Positions 1 to 8,945 of a stretch of 48,809 bases of DNA are shown here, in pieces. Below the pieces are notes generated by a model that saw only the letters and a list, made by a program, of their open reading frames with translations, was not told the origin of the DNA and searched no databases. Each line of letters opens with the position of its first letter. Positions within the stretch are counted from its first letter, which is position 1. The position numbers were made by a program, and so were the translations under genes. The DNA comes from a bacterium (GTDB lineage: Bacteria; Patescibacteriota; Minisyncoccia; Minisyncoccales; UBA10102): contig JAQBTT010000002.1 of assembly GCA_027624865.1 (NCBI GenBank), forward strand, positions 1-48,809. Direction: 5' to 3'.

Positions 1-146
1 CCGCCATAGCGGGCTTCGGCGGGCAAAGCCCATAAGAAGTCCGCGAAGGCGGGATGTATTTCTTTCTTGCGTGTGGAACGTACAAATTATTCCATAATTT
101 TACGTTCCAACAGCGTTTAAATTTTTTCTGAAAATTTATTACGCTG

Positions 147-219
147 TGCCGACGGGAAGGATCGAACTTCCGACCTTGTCCTTATGAAGAACCTGCTCTA
201 ACCACTGAGCTACGCCGGC
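147..219 (-). tRNA. tRNA-Met, anticodon CAT (elongator type; tRNA-Ile2/lysidine not excluded)
   Basis: Hand-folded cloverleaf: acceptor GCCGGCG/CGTCGGC, D arm GCTC-AGTGGTTA-GAGC, anticodon loop TTCATAA, T arm GGAAG-TTCGATC-CTTCC, discriminator A, G1-C72 paired, no encoded CCA. Confidence 0.85.
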
Positions 220-307
220 ATCGCTCACTTCATTCGCTACTTTAAAACCCACCTATGGAAAATTTGGTTTCGCCAAGTTTTCATAATAAGATATCGCTTT
301 CACTTGT

Positions 308-377
308 TGCGGGGGCCGGAATTGCACCGGCGTCACAAGGTTATGGGCCTCGCATGGTACTACTCCACTACCCCGCG
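308..377 (-). tRNA. Initiator-like tRNA (CAT) with non-canonical invariant positions; possibly a pseudogene
   Basis: CGCGGGG...CCCCGCA-A acceptor with the C1xA72 mismatch typical of bacterial tRNA-fMet, and a 3' end CCGGCCCCCGCAA identical to E. coli tRNA-fMet. The anticodon loop is CCCATAA (C33), the T loop is TGCAATT (G55) and the D loop AGTAGTA lacks GG. Confidence 0.5.
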
Positions 378-467
378 TACCATCCATTTTTTTGGATTCC
401 ACTTGACTATATCTTACATGCAAAGATAAATCAAGACTATGTGAAGCTAAATTCTAAATTGATAGTC

Positions 468-986
468 CTATATGAGGTCAAGATTACTAAAAGTAACTTG
501 ATAGATAGTAAGCGTTCTTTGCGCCTCTTCCAAGGTTAGTCTGTAGTCAGGGTCATGTACCACATTGTTTCTCACTTGATGAGCCTCTGCTACCTCAAGT
601 AAATTTGGAACAATTGCAGGTGTTAAAATTTTTAGCTGGTCTCCCAGAGTTTCTCCGCGAAAACCCATACGAAGCAAGATACTGCTTAACATATCATCCA
701 CTTCAACTACAGCAAGCTTGTATTCTGCTTCATTCCCGCTTTCCAGGCGCAAGAGAACTTGTCGCCATCTTCGCGCCATGCGACGAAGACCGTATGGGCG
801 AAATGTAAAGAACTCGGTAAAGTCAAAAAGAAAGAGAAAATTTAGCCACATTGTCTGCGTTAGTATATATATAGAGAAGAGAACCAAAAAAATCCCAAAA
901 ATCCCAAATACCCATTGCAAGGGTGCAATGGATTGCTGAATCCCAGGATTGTTTATAACAGAAAGTAGTTCAATTAATTTCTCCAT
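468..986 (-). CDS. Hypothetical membrane protein
   Basis: 172-aa ORF with an N-proximal hydrophobic segment (WVFGIFGIFLVLFSIYIL); no family recognised. Confidence 0.6.
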   Translation of the reverse strand: MEKLIELLSVINNPGIQQSIAPLQWVFGIFGIFLVLFSIYILTQTMWLNFLFLFDFTEFFTFRPYGLRRMARRWRQVLLRLESGNEAEYKLAVVEVDDMLSSILLRMGFRGETLGDQLKILTPAIVPNLLEVAEAHQVRNNVVHDPDYRLTLEEAQRTLTIYQVTFSNLDLI

Positions 987-1027
987 ACCTCTACATTATT
1001 ACATACATAGAAAATAAATATATCGTT

Positions 1028-2446
1028 TTACAAGTGTTCTAACATCTCCCCTACAGAAAATAGTAAGTGTTCCTGAAATGCTGGGGCTATCACATGGAGA
1101 CCAACAGGAAGATTATTAGCTGTTCCTGCAGGAAGAGAGATTGCAGGTAATCCAACTAAATTTACAGGAACAGTATAGGTGTCAACCAAATACATCTCCA
1201 TAGGACTATGAGTCTTTGCGCCAAACTCAAAGGGCAAGACTGGGGACGTTGGACCCATTATTACATCTACCTTTAAAAACGCACTATCAAAATCTTGTTT
1301 TAAAAGCGAGCGTACTTTCTGTGCCTTAACGTAGTATGCATCATAGTACCCTTCAGAAAGAGCGTACGTACCAAGCATGATTCTACGTTTTACTTCAGCT
1401 CCAAGGCCTTCTCCACGAGTGGCAAGGTATTCACTTAAAAGATTATCAGCTTCCTTGTGCATTCCGTAGCGAACTCCATCATAGCGAGCGAGATTTGCTG
1501 ATGCCTCAGACGTATTGATAATGTAGTAGGCAGCAAGGGCATATTTTGTATTGGGAAGCTCAATGTCTACTATTGTTGCCCCTGCGGATTGAAATTTTAA
1601 AATAGCATTCTCTACAACTTCCTTTACTTGAGGATCCAGCCCCTTGGCAAAGTACTCTTTTGGAACTCCAATACGCAAGCCCTCTAGGTTGTAGGTTGTA
1701 GGTTGTAGATTGTAGGTGTGATCAATAGAAGTAGAATCTAATGGGTCCTTGCCTGCAATAACATTAAATAAAATCTCGGCGTCTCTCGTGGTCTTTGCAA
1801 AAGGTCCAACTTGATCTAAAGAAGAGGCCAGAGCAATGATGCCAGCTCTTGAAACTGCCCCATATGTTGGTTTTAGTCCAACTACTCCACAAAAGGAGGC
1901 TGGCTGGCGAATAGAGCCGCCTGTGTCCTCTCCCAAAGACAGCGTAACCTCTCCTGCCGCTACCGATGCTGCAGATCCACCAGAACTGCCCCCTGGGACT
2001 CTACGTAAGTCATGTGGGTTTCTGGTAGGTCCAAAGCTAGAATTCTCTGTGGAAGCCCCCATACCAAATTCATCCATGTTGGTTTTTCCAATAATGATAG
2101 CTCCCGCCTCGCTCATTTTTTTCACTACAGTAGCATCGTATGGAGCGATGTAGTTTTCTAAAATACGTGAACCTGCAGTGCACGGCGCACCTTTCACTAA
2201 AATTGCATCTTTCAGTGAACAAGGCACACCAGAAAGAGGTAAGAGATTCTCTCCCCTGGCGATTCTCCCATCAGTCTCTTTGGCAGAGTTTCTTGCAAGA
2301 GTTGCAGTCAAATTTAAGAAAGCATGAATATCCTTTTCTTTTTCTTCTATATTTTTTAGTGCGTTTTCGGTAAGCTCCAGCGCAGAGAACTCCTTTGCTA
2401 ATAGTCCCTCCTGAATTTTTTCAATAGTGAGATTTTGGATGTCCAT
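1028..2446 (-). CDS. gatA: Glu/Asp-tRNA amidotransferase subunit A
   Basis: 472-aa ORF with the amidase signature GGSSGGSAASVAAG; directly downstream of gatC. Confidence 0.95.
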   Translation of the reverse strand: MDIQNLTIEKIQEGLLAKEFSALELTENALKNIEEKEKDIHAFLNLTATLARNSAKETDGRIARGENLLPLSGVPCSLKDAILVKGAPCTAGSRILENYIAPYDATVVKKMSEAGAIIIGKTNMDEFGMGASTENSSFGPTRNPHDLRRVPGGSSGGSAASVAAGEVTLSLGEDTGGSIRQPASFCGVVGLKPTYGAVSRAGIIALASSLDQVGPFAKTTRDAEILFNVIAGKDPLDSTSIDHTYNLQPTTYNLEGLRIGVPKEYFAKGLDPQVKEVVENAILKFQSAGATIVDIELPNTKYALAAYYIINTSEASANLARYDGVRYGMHKEADNLLSEYLATRGEGLGAEVKRRIMLGTYALSEGYYDAYYVKAQKVRSLLKQDFDSAFLKVDVIMGPTSPVLPFEFGAKTHSPMEMYLVDTYTVPVNLVGLPAISLPAGTANNLPVGLHVIAPAFQEHLLFSVGEMLEHL

Positions 2447-2450
2447 GTAT

Positions 2451-2747
2451 CTATTTAAAAGAAAGGATCGTTTTTACTTTTAAAAATCCATCTGTAACAA
2501 AAGGGGCTAGTTTCATTATGGCCACGGTAATTTCAGGTTCATCTTGCACCCCAATATCTTCTCTTGCAACATTCTCTTGCACTATGGAATGAATCATTGG
2601 CTCTATATTTTCTGTATTGACGCTTTGTAAAATATCAAAATAATCCAAGACCTCAGATAAGTCTTTTTGATACACCAAAACCTCCTCATCTGTAAGCTTT
2701 AAGCGAGCAAGTGTTGCGATATGTTGTACCTGTTTTTTTTCAATCAT
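2451..2747 (-). CDS. gatC: Glu/Asp-tRNA amidotransferase subunit C
   Basis: 98-aa ORF (IATLARLKLTDEEV...) immediately upstream of gatA. Confidence 0.9.
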   Translation of the reverse strand: MIEKKQVQHIATLARLKLTDEEVLVYQKDLSEVLDYFDILQSVNTENIEPMIHSIVQENVAREDIGVQDEPEITVAIMKLAPFVTDGFLKVKTILSFK

Positions 2748-2748
2748 A

Positions 2749-3810
2749 CTAGTGTGGCGGCTCTAGTTCATCGGTCTCAATTAACACCTCATGCAAGTCG
2801 TTTAGATTCTCAAGTACCATGCCAGCTCCACGAACCACAGCTGTTAGAGGATCCTCCACCATGGATGTAGGAATTTTCGTCTCCTTTGCAATGAGGATGT
2901 CTAGTCCACGAAGCAGTGCTCCCCCACCGGAAAGATAAATACCTTTTTCCATGATATCAGCAAGAAGCTCAGGAGGAGTTTGTTCTACTGCAGACTTAAT
3001 CTCATCCACAATTTGCTTAATGGAGCGCTCCATTGCTTTTCGAATAGCTGTATCTGAAACCATTATTTCTTCAGGAAGTCCTGATACTAAATTACGCCCA
3101 CGCAAAGACATTTCCTTTTTTTCTTTAAGAGGGAAAGCAGAGCCAATACCAATCTTTATATTCTCTGCAGTACGCTCTCCAATGAGCAATTTGTATTCAT
3201 TTTGTGCAAATTTAATAATGTCATCGTTTAATTTATCCCCTGCTACTCGCAAGGACCTTGCATTTATCACTCCCCCAAGAGAGATAACGGCAACTTCAGC
3301 AGTTCCTCCTCCAATATCTACGATAAAATTTCCACCAGCTTCTTGCACTAAAAGGCGAGCTCCAATGGCAGCTGCCATAGGTTCTTCAATAAGGTACACT
3401 TCTCGAGCTCCAGCTTGCAGTGTGGCGTCACGTACTGCCTTTTTTTCTACCTCAGTTACACCAAATGGAATTCCTACAATAACTCGAGGACCAGGAGAGA
3501 ATAGAAACCTTCTTTTTGCAACTTTGTTAATAAAATACTTGAGCATTTGTTCTGTTACCTCAAAGTCAGAGATAACTCCTTTTACGAGAGGCCTGGTTGC
3601 TACGATATGAGCTGGGGTTCTTCCTACCATTTGTTTTGCTTCAGCTCCAATAGCTAGCACCTGACCAGTCTTTTGGTTTACCGCAACGACTGAAGGCTCT
3701 TGAATAACAATTCCCCTTCCTTGGACATATACCAACGAGTTTGCAGTTCCAAGATCAATTGCGATATCTTGGCCTAAATAGGAGAGTAGTTTTTGCAGTA
3801 GTTTTTTCAT
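2749..3810 (-). CDS. mreB: Actin-like rod-shape protein MreB
   Basis: 353-aa ORF with the motifs IDLGTANSLVY, DIGGGTAEVAVISLGG and LSGGGALLRGLD. Confidence 0.92.
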   Translation of the reverse strand: MKKLLQKLLSYLGQDIAIDLGTANSLVYVQGRGIVIQEPSVVAVNQKTGQVLAIGAEAKQMVGRTPAHIVATRPLVKGVISDFEVTEQMLKYFINKVAKRRFLFSPGPRVIVGIPFGVTEVEKKAVRDATLQAGAREVYLIEEPMAAAIGARLLVQEAGGNFIVDIGGGTAEVAVISLGGVINARSLRVAGDKLNDDIIKFAQNEYKLLIGERTAENIKIGIGSAFPLKEKKEMSLRGRNLVSGLPEEIMVSDTAIRKAMERSIKQIVDEIKSAVEQTPPELLADIMEKGIYLSGGGALLRGLDILIAKETKIPTSMVEDPLTAVVRGAGMVLENLNDLHEVLIETDELEPPH

Positions 3811-5054
3811 ATGTTTGCCAGGAGAAATTTTAATGCCTCGCTTTTTTTCACATACTCTTGCCCGCGACTTCCGTCCCGCATTGAAATTTCAATGCTCCCT
3901 GTATCATGATTCTTAGCGCTTGTGATGATGCGCAAAGGAATACCCAGTAAGTCTGCATCAGCTAACTTTTCTCCGACACGTGTCTCTTCTCTATCATCGT
4001 ACAGTGCATCAATCCCATTGTCTTGAAGTTCTTTGTATACGTCTTCCCCATCCTCCTTGCCACCTGGGAGCGAAAGAATGTGCACCGCAAATGGAGCTAC
4101 TTCTTTTGGCCATATAATGCCCTTTTTGTCACGTGAAAGCTCAACAATGGTTGCCATTGCGCGTCCAGGTCCAATGCCATAGCTTCCCATAATAGGAGCT
4201 TTTGATTTTCCTTCCTCATTGGTAAATGCCAAGCCCAAGGTATCGGCAAATCGTGTTCCCAAAGGAAATATATTCCCAACCTCAATTGCGCGTTTCTCTA
4301 TGAGATTCCCCTCATTACAATTGGGGCAAGTTGATTGCTTTTCAATAATTTCTTTGTTCACTGCAATGTTACATTTTTGACATACATAAATAGTATCCTC
4401 CCCTGCCTCGCATATTGCTTGAAATTCATGGGAGTATTCAGAAAAACTCCCCCCAGAAGCATATGTTAGTAACGTATGTTCTCCAATACCTAGGCGAGAA
4501 AAAATCTTGCCATATGCTTCTTTTGATTTTTCATAAAACTCATCATGCTCCTCTTGGTTCTTTGAAAAAGAATATAAGTCTTTCATAACAAACTCACGAG
4601 TTCTTAAAAGTCCATTTTTTGCTCGAAGCTCATTTCGAAATTTTGTTTGAAATTGGTAAGGGTATAAAGGAAGATCTTTCCAGGAAGAGATGTGATGGCG
4701 CAAAAGATTCGTTATGGGTTCTTCATGTGTATTTGCCAGCCCTACCTCGGTATTGTTTTTCAATTTGGTTTTAAACCAAATATCTACCTTGTTATCATCC
4801 CAGCGCCCTGTTTTTTGCCAGGGACTTGCGTCTTGCAGTGAAGCAAGCAAAAGCTCTTGACCCCCAATAGCATTCATTTCTTCACGAATAATCCCAATAA
4901 TCTTGTTTAACACCAAAAGACCCAAAGGCAGGAATGAATATACCCCTGCCATTTCTTTGTGTATGAATCCAGCCTGCATCAGAAGCTGGGCATTTATGCC
5001 ATCTTCTTTTGGAGGTGTTTTTTGAGTTTTAGTAAATAACTGAGACTGTCGCAT
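3807..5054 (-). CDS. proS: Prolyl-tRNA synthetase, short form without the INS editing domain
   Basis: 415-aa ORF with class II motifs (FRNELRAKNGLLRTREFVMKD) and a CxxC...CxxC insert. The TGA stop overlaps the mreB ATG. Confidence 0.88.
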   Translation of the reverse strand: MRQSQLFTKTQKTPPKEDGINAQLLMQAGFIHKEMAGVYSFLPLGLLVLNKIIGIIREEMNAIGGQELLLASLQDASPWQKTGRWDDNKVDIWFKTKLKNNTEVGLANTHEEPITNLLRHHISSWKDLPLYPYQFQTKFRNELRAKNGLLRTREFVMKDLYSFSKNQEEHDEFYEKSKEAYGKIFSRLGIGEHTLLTYASGGSFSEYSHEFQAICEAGEDTIYVCQKCNIAVNKEIIEKQSTCPNCNEGNLIEKRAIEVGNIFPLGTRFADTLGLAFTNEEGKSKAPIMGSYGIGPGRAMATIVELSRDKKGIIWPKEVAPFAVHILSLPGGKEDGEDVYKELQDNGIDALYDDREETRVGEKLADADLLGIPLRIITSAKNHDTGSIEISMRDGSRGQEYVKKSEALKFLLANI

Positions 5055-5075
5055 ACCCCGTAAAGCAAAACCGAT

Positions 5076-5357
5076 TCAAGAAGACCTGTAGCGCCGTAAG
5101 CGTTGGGCAAGGTATCTTCTTCCTGCCGTGGACTTTAAGTAGCACTCACGCTGTTTAGCGTATTCTTGATTTAGGCTTGCCTCTAAATAAATTGTTTTAA
5201 ATGGTCTTCTAAATTTTGTTGAAAAATTATAGCCCCGCTTATGTTCTTCCAATCTCCGGTTCAGGTTTTCCGTATATCCTGTGTATGTATCTCCATCCTT
5301 TATACTTTCTAGCACATAGACCCAGAAGAACATAATCGGTTTTGCCTTACGGGGCAT
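5076..5357 (-). CDS. Stand-alone GIY-YIG nuclease-domain protein
   Basis: 93-aa ORF with VYVLES...GDTYTGYTENLNRRLEEH (GIY-YIG pattern); TGA stop. Confidence 0.75.
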   Translation of the reverse strand: MPRKAKPIMFFWVYVLESIKDGDTYTGYTENLNRRLEEHKRGYNFSTKFRRPFKTIYLEASLNQEYAKQRECYLKSTAGRRYLAQRLRRYRSS

Positions 5358-5387
5358 ATCCTTTACTATGCAGAATTTTCTCTAATA

Positions 5388-6476
5388 CTAGAATATCCTA
5401 ATAACATCTTTTATGGTAACCCAGATCATCATTGATATTAACAGGACAAACACTATTGCAGAAAGTCTCTTTTCAAAAGTTTCTGAAATAGGCTTTTTGC
5501 GTATTGCTTCTATTGTTAAAAATAGCAATTTCCCGCCATCAACCACAGGGATAGGAAGAGCGTTGAAGATAGCAAGGTACACTGCAAGAACAGCAAGGAA
5601 AGAAAGGAAGTGAGGCACTCCAAGTGATAGAGAGTTTGTTAAAAGATGAACAATGCCAACTGGACCTGTAAATTCAACTCCTGCCGGCACGCCCCTACCA
5701 GATACAAGGTTTACAGCAAGGCCTCCAAGACCACCTATAATTTCTCCAGTAAGTTTTCCTGTTCTAATTACCCCTTGCACGGGAGCCTCAAGTAGTGTGT
5801 ATTTCACAAATGCAGTTCGCACAAGAGCAACTCCCATAGATCCTTCCCCGTCGGGTGGATCTATTCTTGGCATTAACGTAACCTCACTAATTTCATCCCC
5901 TCGCTTAAGAGTAATAATGATTTCTTCTCCTACTACCTTATCGGTGAAGGATTGCACCTCCCCAACTTTTGTTGGGAAAGCAAATGCTCCAGAGGTAGAG
6001 CTCACCATTTTTACAATGCTGTCTCCAAGCTCAATGCCAGCTATTTTCGCCGGAGAGTCCTTTGCTACACCAAGAATTTGTACTTGAGGATTTATTACTC
6101 CTGCAGTTTCTTCATCTCCAATTCCCGTTGGAATACCACTGGTAGCGCCAAGCCCAGTAAAGATAATGACGGCCACAAGCCAAAAGGCCACAACACCAGC
6201 TGCAACGATAACCATTCTTTGCCATATGGGTTTTGCAGAAAAGCTTCGGGGACCGGGGATAGCTTGTTCCTCTCCTTCAAGGCGTACAAAGGCACCTAGC
6301 GGAAGTAAGTTGATAGAATAAATAGTCTCCCCTATCTTTTTCCCAATCAGGCGAGGGGGAAGTCCAATACCAAACTCTTCAACTTTTACCCCATACTTTT
6401 TTGCAAAAAGATAGTGGCCCAGTTCATGCAGGATAACCAAAATAAGAAAGCTTGCGATAACGATAATAAGTGTCAT
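5388..6476 (-). CDS. rseP: RIP site-2 metalloprotease (M50) with PDZ domain
   Basis: 362-aa ORF with HELGHYLFAKKYG (HExxH), multiple TM segments and a central PDZ-like region. Confidence 0.88.
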   Translation of the reverse strand: MTLIIVIASFLILVILHELGHYLFAKKYGVKVEEFGIGLPPRLIGKKIGETIYSINLLPLGAFVRLEGEEQAIPGPRSFSAKPIWQRMVIVAAGVVAFWLVAVIIFTGLGATSGIPTGIGDEETAGVINPQVQILGVAKDSPAKIAGIELGDSIVKMVSSTSGAFAFPTKVGEVQSFTDKVVGEEIIITLKRGDEISEVTLMPRIDPPDGEGSMGVALVRTAFVKYTLLEAPVQGVIRTGKLTGEIIGGLGGLAVNLVSGRGVPAGVEFTGPVGIVHLLTNSLSLGVPHFLSFLAVLAVYLAIFNALPIPVVDGGKLLFLTIEAIRKKPISETFEKRLSAIVFVLLISMMIWVTIKDVIRIF

Positions 6477-6565
6477 AATTTCTAATTTTTAATTTAAAAA
6501 CAATTTCTAATTTAAAATTTAAAATTTATCATTGTTTTTGAATTTGAAATTTATCATTTGTTTTT
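6477..6565. repeat. AT-rich spacer repeat, family E (copy E1)
   Basis: Shares attgtttttgaatttgaaatttatcattt (29/29 nt) and tttttaatttaaaaacaatt with 47303-47434; fills the frr-rseP spacer. Confidence 0.8.
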
Positions 6566-7120
6566 TTATAGTTCAATCTCTACCTTCTTCTTTTCAACTA
6601 ACTCATCCACCTGTTTTGTATAGCTATCAATTAACACTTGCAGTTCTTCTTTCCCCTTAAACTTATCATCTTCACTAATATCCCCTTTCCTTGCGTCCTC
6701 TTGAATCTCTCTCCACCCTTCATCTCTCCATTTTCTTGCAGTTTGTTTTGTTTGTTCTGCCTTTTCAGCTAAAATGTGAAATAGAGTTTGACGATATTCT
6801 TGCGTTAGTGTTGGCAGGGTAATACGCAATACCTTTCCTTCAACAACAGGAGAAATCCCAAGAGACTCTTTTAAGAGAGCTTTTTCTATAGGACCTATGG
6901 AAGCAGGATCCCAGGGAGAGATAAGAATTTGTCTTCTTTCGGGAGATGAAATTCCAGCTAGTTGTTTAATAGAAAGCATCTGCTCATGCATAGTAACCAT
7001 AACATCCTCCACAAGAGCAGGGCTTGCTTGACCCGTTCGAATTTTAGCTAGTTCATGACGAAAAAACTCTATTGTCTTTTCCAGCTCCGGCTTTATACGC
7101 AAAAGTGTTTGTTTAACCAT
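6566..7120 (-). CDS. frr: Ribosome recycling factor
   Basis: 184-aa ORF with typical RRF sequence (IRTGQASPALVEDV...). Confidence 0.93.
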   Translation of the reverse strand: MVKQTLLRIKPELEKTIEFFRHELAKIRTGQASPALVEDVMVTMHEQMLSIKQLAGISSPERRQILISPWDPASIGPIEKALLKESLGISPVVEGKVLRITLPTLTQEYRQTLFHILAEKAEQTKQTARKWRDEGWREIQEDARKGDISEDDKFKGKEELQVLIDSYTKQVDELVEKKKVEIEL

Positions 7121-7122
7121 AA

Positions 7123-7836
7123 TTATAGTTCAATTAAAATACGTTCCATTGCAAAGCGTCCATTTATTGTAGTTTGACGAAGCGCGATAAGAACTTCTTG
7201 AAATATGTAAAGGATGCGAAGGGTGGAAGTTACGCCTTGCCCAAGTTCCTTTAGAAACTGCAGGCGAAGTTCTCTTTGTAAATTCAGTAATGTTTTTTGC
7301 AAGATTTTTTGATCTTGACTTACGCGCTCTGCAAAGGCAAACCGCTCTGCAATAGAAGAAGCTGTAAGTTTTGCAAGGAGACTTGCATCGCTCCTTTTTG
7401 GTTCGCCAAATGTATACATTTTTAATTCTTGAGCGCGAGAGCAAATTGTATCAAGCAGGAGAGCTGGATGAGAAACCTGCAACAAAAGCAGCACATTGCC
7501 TCTTGGCTCTTCTAAAAGTTTTAAGAATGCGGACTGCGCCTCTTGATTCATTGTATCTGCAAGCTCAATAATTCCTATTTTATATAAAGTACCCCAAGCA
7601 CTCAAGCTCAATTGTTTCTTTAGTGCACGTATCTGTCCTATGGTAATTTCATCTTTCTCAGGACGTATTCTTACTGTGTTGGCAAGAGTTTTTGATGGAT
7701 CTTCACCAAGAAGAAAGGTTGTAAAGTTTTGAACAAGCTTTTCTTTTCCTGCGTTATCATTTCCTGAAAGAAGGTACGCATGCGAAAGCTTCCCTTTCTC
7801 ATATGCCCCTGTAAGTAGCGCTAAATAGTCTATCAT
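7123..7836 (-). CDS. holB: DNA polymerase III delta-prime-like clamp-loader subunit (short)
   Basis: 237-aa ORF with LSHAYLLSGNDNAGK and LKLLEEP motifs. Confidence 0.75.
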   Translation of the reverse strand: MIDYLALLTGAYEKGKLSHAYLLSGNDNAGKEKLVQNFTTFLLGEDPSKTLANTVRIRPEKDEITIGQIRALKKQLSLSAWGTLYKIGIIELADTMNQEAQSAFLKLLEEPRGNVLLLLQVSHPALLLDTICSRAQELKMYTFGEPKRSDASLLAKLTASSIAERFAFAERVSQDQKILQKTLLNLQRELRLQFLKELGQGVTSTLRILYIFQEVLIALRQTTINGRFAMERILIEL

Positions 7837-8840
7837 TTCTTTGTCATAATACTCTTTTTATACACATCCAAATTGTCCAAGACAACCCCAGCTCCTCTGG
7901 CAACACACGTTAAAGCATCTTCTGCAATGAAGCATGGCACACCAGTTGTTTGGGAAATAAGTTGATCAATATTTTTCAGTAGAGCTCCACCACCAGAAAT
8001 AATCATTCCTTTGTCCATGATGTCAGCTGAGAGTTCAGGAGGAGTTTCGCGAAGCTGAGCCTTAATTGTTGCTACAATTTCTTGCAAAGGCTCTTGCAGT
8101 GTCTCTGAGATTTCAGTAGAGGTGAGTTTAATATTTTTTGGAAGTCCTGCTACCAAGTCCCTCCCTCGGATTTCAATCATTGCCTCTTGCTTCAAAGGAG
8201 TTGCGCACCCAACTTTTTTCTTAATTTCCTCTGCAGTATTCTCTCCAATTGCAACATTGTATTTAGTTTTTACATAGTCTGAGATTGCCTGATCCATTTT
8301 ATCTCCCGCTACCCGAAGGGAAGTTGCGCTCACAATGCCTCCAAGAGAAATCACTGCAACCTCAGTGGTCCCTCCTCCAATATCCACAATCATATGACCC
8401 GAGGTTGAGTTAATGGGGATTCCAGCTCCAATAGCAGCTAAGATAGGCTCCTTTGCAACGTATGCCGCTCGTGCTCCAGCTTTCGTTGTAGCTTCAACTA
8501 CAGCTCTTTTCTCAGTAGAGGTGATACCAGCGGGAACAGAGACCAATACTTCTGGCTTAAAGAATTGATATCGTGGGATAGCTCTTTTAATAAAGTATCG
8601 AAGCATAGCTAGGGTAACTCTATAGTCTGCGATAACACCATCGCGCATAGGGCGATACACACGAATGGTATCGGGAGTTCTTCCGGTCATTTCTTTTGCA
8701 GCCTCCCCTACCGCCAAAATGCTATTATCCAGTAATGAAACTGCAACTACTGAGGGCTCATCTAGTACAATGCCTTTTTTTGGCACAAAAACCAGAGAGT
8801 TTTTAGTCCCAAGATCAATACCAATTTTGCTGACGAACAT
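7833..8840 (-). CDS. mreB: Second MreB/Mbl paralogue
   Basis: 335-aa ORF with IDLGTKNSLVF, DIGGGTTEVAVISLGG and ISGGGALLKNID. Confidence 0.9.
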   Translation of the reverse strand: MFVSKIGIDLGTKNSLVFVPKKGIVLDEPSVVAVSLLDNSILAVGEAAKEMTGRTPDTIRVYRPMRDGVIADYRVTLAMLRYFIKRAIPRYQFFKPEVLVSVPAGITSTEKRAVVEATTKAGARAAYVAKEPILAAIGAGIPINSTSGHMIVDIGGGTTEVAVISLGGIVSATSLRVAGDKMDQAISDYVKTKYNVAIGENTAEEIKKKVGCATPLKQEAMIEIRGRDLVAGLPKNIKLTSTEISETLQEPLQEIVATIKAQLRETPPELSADIMDKGMIISGGGALLKNIDQLISQTTGVPCFIAEDALTCVARGAGVVLDNLDVYKKSIMTKK

Positions 8841-8870
8841 AATAATGAATAATTATTTTGTAAGGAAGCA

Positions 8871-8935
8871 ACCCCGCCCTCTATGCCATTTAAACTGTGA
8901 TTTTTCTCTTACTTAAACAGCTTAGAGGGCGGGGT
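8871..8935. repeat. GC-clamped hairpin repeat, family B (copy B1)
   Basis: accccgccctcta...tagagggcggggt inverted arms; its loop is similar to copy B3; lies between the murA stop and the mreB start. Confidence 0.85.
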
Positions 8936-8945
8936 AACTCGGATA

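Noticed and set aside
255-539. A plus-strand 94-aa ORF
   Set aside because: It overlaps the initiator-like tRNA on the opposite strand and the 3' end of the 172-aa gene, and it has no coding features.
2951-3610. Long antisense ORFs lie inside housekeeping genes (for example 2951-3610, 5653-6087, 9868-10299, 20867-21406, 32421-32906 and 48171-48668)
   Set aside because: They lie opposite clearly recognisable conserved genes and have Ser/Pro/Arg-rich low-complexity translations, so they are shadow ORFs.
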